Part shown: piece by piece, positions 1 to 12,949 of the stretch
How the letters are laid out: each line of letters begins with the position of its first letter
How positions within the stretch are numbered: position 1 is the first letter of the stretch
From: Octopus sinensis
Taxonomy: Eukaryota
Length of the DNA: 64,000 bases
Direction of reading: 5' to 3'
Assembly (NCBI RefSeq): GCF_006345805.1
Contig: NC_042998.1
Span: 199,640,001 to 199,704,000 of the forward strand
Program-made: the position numbers and the translations under genes
The notes under the pieces: generated by a model
Database searches by the model: none
The model's input: the letters and a program-made list of their open reading frames with translations, nothing else
Told to the model about the DNA's origin: nothing

Positions 1-411
1 TTACTTGTTTCAGTCATTTGACTGCGGCCATGCTGGAGCACCGCCTTTAATCGAGCGACTCGACCCCGGGACTTATTCTTTTGTAAGCCCAGTACTTATT
101 CTATCGGTATCTTTTTGCCGAACCGCTAAGTAACGGGGACATAAACACACCAGCATTGGTTGTCAAGCAATGCTAGGGGGACAAACACACAAACATACAC
201 AAACATACACACAAACATACACACACACATATATATATACATATATACGACGGGCTTCTTTCAGTTTCCGTCTACCAAATCCACTCACAAGGCCTTGGTT
301 GGCCCGAGGCTATAGTAGAAGACACTTGCCCAAGGTGCCACGCAGTGGGACTGAACCCGGAACCATGTGGTTGGTAAGCAAGGTACTTACCACACAGTCA
401 CTCCTGCGCCT
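1..411 (-). mobile_element. tRNA-derived SINE, family A (CORE-like body, internal CA/TA microsatellite); 3' end runs off window edge
   Basis: Minus strand starts GGCGCAGGAGTGACTGTGTGGTAAG...GGTTCAGTCCC (A/B-box-like), has CACCTTGGGCAAGTGTCTT and ends GGCGGTGCTCCAGCATGGCCGCAGTCAAATGACTGAAACAAGTAA; near-identical copy at 56093-56511. Confidence 0.85.
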
Positions 412-921
412 ATAGCTGCATTTCTTCAATAAGTTTAAAAAAGAGGCGTCCCACACTGTTAAAATGCCTTTTCTGTTCATCAACATTTGTCTTGTACATT
501 TCATAGAGCGAAAGGTTGCACGAAAAATGTTACATTGTAATTAACAGTGAATTTGATGATAAACAGAATTAAACCAGTTTGCCGAAATTTAATAATCGTT
601 GCAATACTAACTTGTGAGTCGTTTACCTTTATCTAACTTTTAATTTCTTTAGTGATTCCTTAAATTTGCATAAATGGAGTGAATTGCCTTCCCATGAAAA
701 TTGGAAGCAAGTTAAAGTCAACTGGTGTTTATCAGGTTCATCGATACCTCCCCCCGCTTCATGTGCTGTGCGCACGTATCGACGAACATGGATAGCTACC
801 CTTTCAACCTCACTCATTACTTTGTTATTGTTCCGGTCTTTCTCTAATCAACTTGTAAATCCATTGATTATCTTCTGTTTTCACTGTGTCTTTCAATCAA
901 ATCCTTAGTTATCACCAAAAG

Positions 922-1464
922 TTCAAAGTTTCCCTCCCTATATGTTGTCTAATGAACTTAACAAGTCTTCTTATATCACTAAGAATATTTCGTTCGTTTC
1001 TGCTCGGAGAAGGACTTCAAAGTGTGTTATATTTAATTCTTCCAGAGTTGATTAAATAAAGTACCAGCCAAATAGTAGTGACTCTATTCCTATGAACGAT
1101 CAATAGTACTAGAAAAAAAATGTAATAGAAATTATAAAGAACCTGGACAAGCGATAAGAAGTCCTGCTTTGACGCTGGGTTTCAAGACGATTGGTATCGG
1201 CAATGATGCTTCATTACATGACCGCATGGTTTAGTGGAGAAAGTGAAGAAGAAAACCGGTTTTTGTACGGGTTACAGAGACTTGGTCTGAATACTTCCAA
1301 CAGAGTGATTGTTCAGGGTACCAGACAGTGCTGTTAAACTGGGCTAGAGAGCTAGTGTACAACTCAAGAAGAAATGCAGCCCTTCAAAGTTTCCCTTCCT
1401 ATATGTTGTCTAATGAACTTAACAAGTTTTCTTATATCACTAAGAAGGTTCCGTTCGTTTCTGC
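922..1464. repeat. 82-bp dispersed direct repeat pair (922-1003 and 1383-1464)
   Basis: TTCAAAGTTTCCCT...GTTCGTTTCTGC occurs twice with a few substitutions. Confidence 0.9.
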
Positions 1465-2697
1465 ATGGTGACATGTGAACGATATCAATGGCATAACTTA
1501 AATTATGAAATATGGGAAATGCGGTATGCAAAAAGTGCAGAAAATATTACACGAAATTGTATATTGAAGACGTCTGGTTTCAAAGATATCTAACATAAAA
1601 CTCGTTGAGATTAGACTAAGATATTACAGATTAGAACTAGATATTCACAGACTCAAAATTTTGAACTCACTCATTTGGAATAAGATTTTATGCCATAGTA
1701 ATTACCGATAACGGTAATGATGCTATTTATCCAAATATTCTGTGCAGCCATATATCTTGTACGATTAAGAGATATTCAACATTTAATGTACAAGATGCTA
1801 GTCTATCTCAGGAAACGTTTAAAACTAAATCTACTCATTATTTCTTATAGGTCTGTAAAGTAAAGCATACTGACACAATGAAATTCGTAGAACAGATTTT
1901 TGGCAATATTCCTAAGTCAACGTGCTGTAACATGGAGACATTAAACACACAGTAACGGATCATTGAATTGCAAACTAACGAAATTGCTGCAGGTCATTTG
2001 AGGCATTACAAAACTGAAAGGGAAAAATGAAAATGAAAGGAGTAAAAAAAAAAAACTCATAAATTTCACTGTCAAAATCTTGTTTTATTTTGTGGTAGGA
2101 TAACATAGGATGCTGAATCCGGTAGTGTTTATGGCTAAATTGTAACTTCTCGAAACAGAAATGGAAAATCTAAGACTTTCGTTTAGGTTTCCAAGACAAA
2201 CTATAGAATGATTATATATTACAGAACATCACTTTCCCCTCTATGCATTACTGATATTAATGAGGCTTTCAGCGATTTGCCTTCAATGGTTTTCGTTCCG
2301 ATTTAAATTGATAGACATAGCAAGTTTTATCCTGCAGAACATTTGGCGCGGAAAGTGTTCAGAAAATGACTTCTATTTTCGAATGCATTTGGTTAGTAAT
2401 ATTCAATAGGCTATTACTTGCTCCGATAGCAAAACCGTACACAATCCTGCACTGGATATAAATTCTACAGGAGAAATAATAATAGATCAAGAGGGAAATG
2501 ACGACATAGAGAGACATAATGTTGTATGAAAATAGAGAAAGAGAGAAGAGAATGAGAGGAAGTGCAGAGGTGAGTGAATGATAAATTATATTTACTCTGA
2601 AAGTAATACATATACTTCTCTTCGTCTTTATAAACCCCGTATTTATATAAATGCGTAAATATAATTTCACACACACACACACACACACATACACACA

Positions 2698-2741
<44 letters not shown>

Positions 2742-5054
2742 TACACACACACACAAATATGATGCGGGAAACCGAGTATGGGAAGTTTCTCAGCTTCAAA
2801 CAGTAAGTGGCTGGTATAGAGAACAAAAAGTGAACAGTATACGATAAGAAACAATAATTTATTGGCATCGAGTTACGTACTTTTCTCTATATCGAAGTTG
2901 TTGCGAGTTTCTATACAGTTCATTGTTAGCAACAAATACACTGCTAAAATTGCGAACAGAAAATCCAAATTGAGTGAACGGAACATGTAAAATGAACGCT
3001 ACATATGTTTCTTAAAAAGCTGAAGCTCATGATGCAATAATTATGCAATGAACTCTGACCAACATATCTAATCATCAGGCTGAGATTATCTTAATGAAGA
3101 TTACATTGTTGTTTGGAAATTCAAAGTCAGCTACAACACACTAATGAGTTCAGGTGAACTTACCATTGTGTTCTCTCGTTCTTTCTAACTTTTGTAGATA
3201 GGTTGATGCCTATGTGTCATATGCTTCGATGTCATGGCTGGAACTGAAATGGAAAGCACCCCTCAGATGACACCCTGCAATGTTAAAAATCAAGGGACAT
3301 AGATAACTTAGTACTACATAAAATATACATTGAAAATATGTCACAACTTTCACAACTGGATTGATTTTAATCGTCGCTCTACTCGATATGGGCTCACTTA
3401 ATGCAAAGCATCAATAAACACTTAGGGATTTGTGGGTTTCTCAGCTTCTTAGCACTTAGAATAAATTACTTGTTAACGTGTTCAGTGTGGTTTATTTGGA
3501 ATGGGGCATGAGAAACAAAGAAAGAAGATGTTTGAGCGGGAGTAAGGAGCTTTGTTTAGATAGGTGTGGTTTGCAAATTTTCGTTTACAAAGTTGTAAAG
3601 AGAGAAGGGAATAGAGAAAGCGACAGAAAGAGCGCAGGAGAAAAAGAGAAATAGATGCAAAAAGGGAAACAACGAGAGGTGAGAGAAGGAGAGAGAGAGA
3701 GAGCGGGGGGAGAGAAAGAGAGAAAAGGAAGGAGAGAGAGAGAGAGAAAGAGAACTAATGAAATTTACTTTTTATTCGTCTGTGACAAAGCATTTGTAAT
3801 GTCACGGTCTGAGAATTATTTACCACTCTACTGGATGGCGATTTTCTAGTTATGATTATCCTAATTTCTGTACAAAGAAACACCACAGCCCCGATAATAA
3901 TTCTGCATTATGATATAATGTTTTCCCTTCAACTGTAAGAAAGAAGCTATACAATGTAAAAAGATTTAAATGAAATATTTTTGGATCATGCTTTCTGAAG
4001 AGCGTCGACAGTACAAGGAGAAGTGAACTGACTTTATCGGGTAATCAAATACATATGGTAGTGTTGGATCGCTTGGAGCCTACCATTTTCTCTGCTGTAT
4101 TCACCACAGATGTCTTAGAAGTTTTGACGCCATATTCGAAAGTATTCTTTGTCAGTATTTAAATTTTCGTTTTTAATTTCTCTGTCATCGGATTCAATTG
4201 TTAGCAGAATTTCAGAAACTGAAAATATTGAAAAACTATTAAAGTCACAGAAGCAAATATTCTCAGTTTTGAACGTTCTGGGAACGGTTTTCATAACACA
4301 GTCTTGATTTCTACTTGCTTTCCTTTTTCTTAAATAAAATATAAAAGCAAATCACAAAACGATGAGACAACAACAATAATATCAGCAATAACGTTACCGC
4401 TGCAACCGACGACACCGGAAAACAATAAAACAATAAAAAAAAAACAACAGCAACAACAACAACAATAACAAGGAAATACAAGCATCAAATAAAAAGCCAG
4501 AATTTACATGTGGAAAAACAGAAATCACGATGAAAAATAAAATAACTCCAACTGCAATGTCAGCAACAATATCAACCAACACAACAATCAATAAATACAA
4601 ATAATGACAAAAATATGGAGAAAAATAAACGAACGAACTAACAAGAACAACAAACAAAAAAATATATATTAAAGCATTCTTTCTCATAAGGACCAATCTA
4701 TCTTCAGAAAAATTTCGCGAGAAAGAAAATGTAAAAAAACGAGATATAAACAAAATGTTTCATATTTTGAAGCATAATTCTTTGGCCTTCTCTCTCCTCT
4801 CCTCCCTCTACTCTCCCCCCTCTCTGCGTATATATGTGCATGAGTATGTGTGCGTATGTGTGTGTGTATATCTGCACACATGCACACACACATTTATAGA
4901 TACACACACATACACATACATATATATATAGGAAGAGACATAAATATTCATAAATACATATGAATGCACACACACACACATATATATATACATGTATGTA
5001 TGTATAAATATATACGTGTATATACATACATACTTAGAATCACACACACATATA

Positions 5055-5096
<42 letters not shown>

Positions 5097-5372
5097 CCTC
5101 TGTGTGTATGTCTATAATCCATGATTTATCTAGCCAATGTGATTTTGTTCTATGTAACTTACATTCATAACCGCCATCTTTCATTACACGTTCAACTAAT
5201 AATATCTGTCAACGTTTAAGTTAATTTACTCATATTTCACTGGTTCTCAGCAAATTCTTTTGCAGAGTCTAGGTGTAGTTATATTTAATTTTATTTCAAG
5301 TTTTATAGCTTCGAAACAACACGTTAACAGTATAGCACAGCAGTATCAGAAATGTATTGAGGGTGAGTGATT

Positions 5373-5418
<46 letters not shown>

Positions 5419-5428
5419 AACGAGAGAG

Positions 5429-5465
<37 letters not shown>

Positions 5466-5748
5466 GAGAGAAAGAAAGCGTGTGTGCATCGGATATATAT
5501 ATATGTGTGTGTGTGTGTGTATACATAAAAAAATACTATATTAAGAAAACAGCATTATGCAATGCACATAAATATATATATATTTATAAAATTTGCATAC
5601 CTGTGTGTAGCAATACAAGTTGTAAATATGTGAAAAGAATGTAAAAGAAGTTCAGACAAGATCCTTGGAGACGAACAGACACCTGTATGCATGTATGTGT
5701 GCTGCGTGTGCGCGTGCATACGTATGATTGCCCATATATAATATTATA

Positions 5749-5826
<78 letters not shown>

Positions 5827-5838
5827 GTATATATATAA

Positions 5839-5873
<35 letters not shown>

Positions 5874-6636
5874 GTATGTATATATGTATACACTTGCGCG
5901 AGCATCTGTAAACATATATATGTATGTATATAAACTTGCATTGCATTGATAGACCAATAGTCAGTAATTTGTGATCGATGCATGAATCAAATAGGAAGTG
6001 GATATCCTATCGTATTGATAAAGGCAGCCTAAATGTGTACTGAAAGAAATATAATATCAATTCTTTCTCATCAATATCATTTGTTCATTGAATCGACAAT
6101 ATCATACGTAGTATATCTATCTATGATATTCGATTTCGGAAATGTCCGTTTGAAGCACAATAAAACGAGATAGTCTATTAAAATATTATTAGCCTACCAA
6201 ACTGCACTAACATAAATAGTTATGGTGGGGGTGGTGGTGCACATATGGTGAACCAGTCCAAACATCTAATCTGTCTCTAAGTTGAATAGAGCTTGCATCA
6301 CGGAAGCATTATTAAGTATCTTATTTAATAGATCAGGTGGACGGCAAAGAAAGGAAATATTGGCCAGACAGGGAAAGTGTGTGTGTGTGGGGGGGGGGGG
6401 AACGCGAGCTCTGATAGATGTTGGATAGACACGTGGGCTGGTTTTGCGAAGGAATGCATCAAGTCCATTAAATCTATGCTGTGTATGACGGGTATTATTT
6501 TAGAAGACTATCACGAATAGCATTGAACGAAGTCAATTGCAATGCTTTTAATCAAAATCTGTAATTCTTTTGTTGCGAAATTGGAATCTTTAGAGTTTAC
6601 TATGACATTTATAAAAAAGTCTAAGATAGATACATT

Positions 6637-6820
6637 ATTTTCTACTCTAGGCACAAGGCCCGAAATATTGAGGGAGCGGGCCAGTTGATTAGATCGTCCC
6701 CGGTACGCAACTGGTACTTAATTTATCGATCTCGAAAGATGAAAGGCAAAGTTGATCTCGGCGAAATACTGCTAAGCATTTCGCTCGGCGCGCTAACGAT
6801 TCTGCCGGCTCGCCGCCTTC
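6637..6820 (-). mobile_element. SINE family B (variant tail, internal deletion) with 16-bp TSD
   Basis: GGCGGCGAGC head on minus strand; TSD CTAAGATAGATACATT at 6621-6636 and 6821-6836. Confidence 0.85.
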
Positions 6821-7460
6821 CTAAGATAGATACATTGACAAATACTTTTGTGTAGTGTGCTTCTTTGTCTAAATTTCACGTACATATTATATCGAACCTG
6901 TAATGTTGAAAAGCAAGTCGACCTCAGTGAGATATGAATTTATATAACGTGACCTCAGTGTGATATGAATTTATGTAACGTGACCTTAGGACATACCTCT
7001 AGTTACTTTGGTTTTGTACAAATTCTGCCATTTAACATAGTGTTCTATGGTAATTACGTATTGTTACCAGCAATATATTATATTATAATCTGAAACAGAT
7101 TTTCAACTTTCGATAACGTTTAAACATTACCTTTGAGGATAACAGGAACAATTAATTAAAAGAGAAACAAAAGATTGAGGATACCTGTATACTTACGGTC
7201 ACTCAACTTATTATACATTGTTACTGAAATCTTTGAAATCTTTGAAATCACTTACTAGTCTCATTCCCAGAGCTAGAACTTATTGGTTAGATCTGCAGCA
7301 GACAGCATGGTCACGGTTTGAGTGTCTTTGATCACAGCTCTGCAGACCTGGGGTCAAACAATAACAACATAATACAGACAGTGTTGATGAATTCTTACAC
7401 AAACACTGCAAATGACTGTTCAAGAGCAAATCGACCTTAGATCTTCAACAGAAATTACTA

Positions 7461-7735
7461 TTGGGGATATCGGAATATCCTATTTATGGTACAGAAGAAG
7501 TATTTCACTTCAAAATACTCGCTGAAAAATTGGAATACTGTAAGTTCTTTAATACAAGGTTACTACATTCCCATGAAGCTGCTGTTCGAAGAATCATTTA
7601 TGATAACTTTCGAAAACTTAAAGTCATATTGGATGCATGGTCTAATCTATTGCAGACTTATGGTTTCGATTGTTAACAGACAGTTGCAACCGGCAAATAG
7701 GATTATCTAGTCAACTCACTTATGCATGAAATGCC
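7461..7735 (+). pseudogene. Possible heavily decayed piggyBac-like transposase fragment
   Basis: Across frames RRIIYDN..KLKVILDAW, IVNRQL, QPANRI, TYA*N follow the order of piggyBac motifs (IRFDD..DKL..IRDVW, TVDEQL, KPAKYG, TxYxWN); weak similarity only. Confidence 0.3.
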
Positions 7736-8371
7736 AACAGTCATTATAGATTCGGAGAGACTGACTTGTAAATAAAGGTCACACTGGATAATGTAGTGTT
7801 TGATGGTTAATATGTGATGGTTAAAATGGAATGCCGTAGTTCAAAGGCCTGAACGGTCAGCAGTGAATGACAACGAGCAGAAACAACATAATTCTATTGT
7901 ATTTCGGTTTACGTCTATTAAGTATCACGATTTGAAGATAGTGTTTTTGTTCTATTTTCATCTGTAATACATAGTATATCTTTAACATAGTATCATTTGT
8001 TACTGTTGTCTACCTTAGCCACAGTTCAGTCGCGATTAAGCAGATTAATGAGCGAAGCATGCGAACTAAAATAGGCAATGTCCATGAACTTTTCCAGCGG
8101 CTACGATGTAATTAGAAGTGGGGTGAATGAAAGTCTCCTCAAAATCGTAGACCTGGTTCGACTACATGTAACAAAGAGAACTTCACTAGAAACCCTAAGG
8201 ATCCAGCAGAGTGTTAAATCGAGAGGCATTTTAACTTTCCACCAATGAACTCTGAAATCAAAGAGCTGCCACGAATGCAACCCAATAACGAAACCACCAG
8301 TCCACTACCAAACTGCTGTATCGTCAGCACATGATGAAAGATGTGACGTCAGTGGTATTCTGGAAACAAAA

Positions 8372-8601
8372 GGCGGCGAGCTGGCAGACACGTTAGCACG
8401 CCGGGTGAAATGCTTAGCGGTATTTCGTCTGCGTTACGTTGTGAGTTCAAATTCCGCCGAGGTCGACTTTGCCTTTCATCCTTTCGGGGTCGATAAATTA
8501 AGTACCAGTTACGCACTGGGGTCGATGTAATCGACTTAATACCTATGTCTGTCCTTGTTTGTCCCCTCTGTGTTTAGCCCCTTGTGGGTAATAAAGAAAT
8601 A
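8372..8601 (+). mobile_element. SINE family B monomer with 18-bp TSD
   Basis: GGCGGCGAGCTGGCAGA...GAGTTCAAATTCC (B box)...AATAAAGAAAT; TSD GGTATTCTGGAAACAAAA at 8354-8371 and 8602-8619. Confidence 0.92.
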
Positions 8602-9331
8602 GGTATTCTGGAAACAAAACACAAGAAACCAGACTCGAAACGGCAAAACATGTCATCGCGTGTTGATTTGAAATTCAAGTAGTGGTCACGTCGATGGTTG
8701 TCACTATAAACATAGCTTTTGTGTTTCTTGCAACATTTTTCTATGAGTCAAAGTCAAAATCTTCTCGAACAAACACATCTGATCATAAGCATGACAACTA
8801 TGTTCACCGCGTGTTTTGGGGATCTCTGGCATTATATTCTTCTATGGGTATTATCAGTTTTAAGTCTGTAGTTTTGGAATTATAAATATTTAATGATCAC
8901 GTAACACGCATCTCATTGGCTTAGATATGAGTAAATCTGGAACCCGCGATGCATCATCATATGTAGACAGATATATAAAGTTTGCATTTCCCAATTTTAT
9001 TCATATCGTGAACAACCTAAAATCTAAACACAATCTTGTAGGTTTCAATAAGGTTGTTGACTCATTCATACGAAGTGGTGAGGGTGGGGTGGGGTTGCAT
9101 CGGATTTTACTCAAAATGTTCAACGTTTGATTTATTTCTTTTAATACAAAGTTTATTGGTCGATTGGCTTCATTTGACCTCCTTCTCACCCACTGCCACT
9201 TAAGCACTGTAAAACTATTTTGTTTGTATGAAAAAGGAGAAGAGAAACAGATGAAGTAGAACAAACAAACAACAGATAGGAGACACTAGAGGTACGCATA
9301 CACACACACACACCACACACACACACACATT

Positions 9332-9387
<56 letters not shown>

Positions 9388-9585
9388 TATATTATATATA
9401 TATATATATATATAATATATATATATATATAATATATATATATATATATTTATAAATATATATATATATATATATAATATATATATATATAAATATACAT
9501 ATGTATGTATATACATATATATTTATAAATAAGTTTATGTATACACGTACATACATACCTACATATATATGCGCGCGCACACACA

Positions 9586-9620
<35 letters not shown>

Positions 9621-10508
9621 TTATATATATATACATATATGTGAAATAGATATGTTCATGTATGCATATGCATATGTGTTTATATATACATGCATACACG
9701 CACGCACTCACGCGCACACACACAAACACATATATGAATGTATGTATATATATATATATATATATATATACACGCATATATACACATACATATAGATATT
9801 GATGTATATAAACAAATGCCCACCAACATTATCATATGTATAAATACAAAGATATATCGATTTATCTATCTTTAGTAATTTGTCTCTCTGTCCCGTGTCT
9901 CTTCTATTCTATCTGTATATGTGAATGTTTAAGCTGACAGCTTTTCATAAAGTATACGAAAAGAGAGACAGTGATACGTCCATCGGAAGCCATCGGATAT
10001 ATTAATGGCAAATTTCAGTAAGCTTTATTTTCAGTGCATCATCGATTGTTGACCTTTTGTAAATATCGCATACTCATATATTTTCAGTATTTTATTATCA
10101 CCACATTCAATCGATTGACTTGGCCCGTGATTCTGGCAGGGCACCACTCCAGTCTACTAAACTATCATGCCATAATGTTGAACTTTACTCCGTCTATCAA
10201 GTAACCATTGTAATATAGTAAATAAATCTTCAACTATCGGAAGAGTCAATTTAGGAAATAAGTGATACAACTTCTTTCCTTTGTTATCATTCAATGATAG
10301 TAAAATTTTATGTAAAGGGCATTTCACCCCATAGACAACTTGGTTAAAATACTGGGTTTTCTTTCCATGTGATATACGATTCCTTGTTTCATGTTTGCCA
10401 ATAGAAGTTTCTGTACTAAGCCGACGTTTAATCGTTTCTACGAGAAGACTTCTATTGGATTCAAAGTAAACTCATGACTAATTCTGTTACTTGAAATTTA
10501 GCAGTATT

Positions 10509-10723
10509 CTTTTCTATTCAAGTCACAAATCCCGATTTGTTTTAGGGGCGGGGTCTAGTCGATTAGATCATCCCCAGTACGCAGCTGGTACTTAAGTTAT
10601 CGACCCCGAAAGGATGTAAGGCAAGGTGGACCTCGGCGGAATTTGAACTCAGAACGTAAAGACAGACGAAATACTGCTAAGCATTTCGTTCGGGGTGCTA
10701 ACGATTCCGGCAGCTCGCCGCCT
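10509..10723 (-). mobile_element. SINE family B (variant tail), diverged
   Basis: Reverse complement of family B head and body; degenerate flanking direct repeat. Confidence 0.8.
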
Positions 10724-12066
10724 TTGAATTTAAGAAGTACTGACAAACGAATAGAAACGATAAATCTTGTATCATGGACATATGTAAGTTTAGTGATTTT
10801 TCAAAAAATATCCGACCAGGTTCTCCGGTAAATACGTAACGGAATGGAACAAAGAGTAAAATAAAATCATCCAATGTGTCTTAAAATTTACCTTAGGTTA
10901 ATTATTAAACATTGCAGTGTAGTTGAGATTAGGACTAGTGATGAGGCTAAACCACATTTGGTTTCGGATGTTGATTCTTTGCCTTGTAGACTAATAAGAT
11001 TTACGGTATTTAGTGTTGGCAAGCTAAGTCATCTCCAGACATGCATTTTCCAAACCCATTCGATACACTGGAACAGTACAGGTATGTAAGGTGTTTCTAA
11101 CATTTAACATGTAACAGTTTTGTTACTGAGTTTCTTGCTTTGTTTCCTTTTTGCGAAATGAAATTACAAGTAAATAAAAAATGAATAAGAATGGCATATA
11201 TATGTGTGTGTGTATTTGTGTGTTCGAGTGTGTGAGTCTAGGAATTCTTTTATGTATCTATGTTAAAGTATGATATATAAATTAGCAACAATTCCAGTTT
11301 GCAAACGAAATATATAATTATCTCATAGTTCTTATATAAGGGAAATATCTTATATTTCTTAATAAGAAATAATTCCAAAATGATTTCAGCAATCTATTTT
11401 TGTTTTTCAAGAAAAAAAAATAACGGTTTTGCACGGTAAAAGAATACTTTTGATTACACTTAATGATTATTATGTGTGTGTCATTAGAGAGTAATTATGT
11501 GACGATTCTCAAGTATCATTAACTAATATCGACCCAGAATTACGTCGCCATTGCCGTTTTCCAAAGATCTTAAACTCCCTTAACCAACGACCAAACTCAA
11601 TCAGTCATTATACTTAATTCAATGCAGCGCCTGAACAACGACGAAAAAACATTTTCTTTTCAGAGAAATTACTAATAGAAGAATGAACCATATAGAATAT
11701 CTAAAAATAAAAAGAATTAATCAAATAGAAAATATTTAACATTTCGGCGTTTTCTGCAAATATTGCGCCGTAGTTCTGAATAATTAGGACGCTGGTGATA
11801 ATGACTTTCCACATTAATACAGGGTTAGGATACTGTAGAAATATACGAACGCAGTTTCGATGAAGCCCACTATGTTATCTGGAAGGAAAGAATTGAAAGT
11901 TGTTTTGGTGGAATTTAATACAAGCTAATCCATACACAATCTCTTTAATTATTCGGCTTGTTACTAATCTGTCACACCGACGAACTTAGAAGGATGAGAA
12001 TAGTAATCATTCATTAACGAGAAGGAAAAGTAAATTTGTTTTTTTAAAGGAGTGGAATATTCAATA

Positions 12067-12301
12067 ACTATTTCTTTACTACCCACAAGGGGCTAAACAC
12101 AGAGGAGACAAGCAAGGACAGACAAACTGATTAAGTCGATTATATCGACTCCAGTGCGTAACTGGTACTTAATTTATCAACCCCGAAGGGATGAAAGGCA
12201 AAGTCGACCTCGGCGGGATTTGAACTGAGAACGTAACGGCAGACGAAATACTGCTAAGTATTTCGTCCGGCGTGCTCACGATTCTGCCAACTAGCTGCCT
12301 T
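12067..12301 (-). mobile_element. SINE family B monomer with 20-bp TSD
   Basis: TSD AAGGAGTGGAATATTCAATA at 12047-12066 and 12302-12321. Confidence 0.92.
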
Positions 12302-12949
12302 AAGGAGTGGAATATTCAATACAATTTTATCAATAGTGGAAAGATGAAAGGCAAGTTTTACCCTATCAATTATAATCAAGTTCACTGTTAATAAATGCTT
12401 TTCGTGAAATTAGTGAAAATTACAAGCACAATAGATAAACTACAACCCCACTCCTCCATATAAACGCTTTGAAGTGTATACAAAATTGAAATCATAAGTA
12501 TACAACGATATTAGAAAACGAAAAATCTGCATGCTGAATCAACATCTTAGATTTAATAAAAATGCAATATATCTTCGAAATTATATGGATAGACATTGAC
12601 ATTTTCTCTGTTACAAAACAAAGACGTCTAAATATTGAAAAAAATCATAAGAAAGTAATGACTCACTAAAGCTTGTGGAACAGAATAGTGTGCGATGAAA
12701 AACATGGATACACAGTTGATGAAATTGAAGAAGTAGTACAAGTAGTACGATCTATGAATCATAGGAGAAAACACGTGTCAGTGAGGGTAATAATGTTTTA
12801 CTTTATATGGAGAAAAGGTATAATAGAGAACGAAGAAAATTGCTTCAACTTTAAAATGAGCCACGTTTTAGGAATGGAACATGGTTATCAATTATGAGAG
12901 GATTAATTTGAAAGAGAAAAACTACAGAAAATAGTATAGGGACTGAATA

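Noticed and set aside
3170-3250. Strong splice-acceptor-like tracts (also ~22573, ~37528, ~43290)
   Set aside because: No convincing open exon with donor follows; such tracts are common in AT-rich DNA
6920-6987. 31-bp tandem repeat; also ~29-bp x3 at 51838-51915 and ~32-bp duplication at ~24977-25043
   Set aside because: Ordinary local slippage duplications; the first looks SINE B-derived
9970-10450. Possible Tc1 transposase relic on minus strand (VETIKRRL, LEW..IE..W)
   Set aside because: Too degenerate; no TIRs or catalytic triad recognisable
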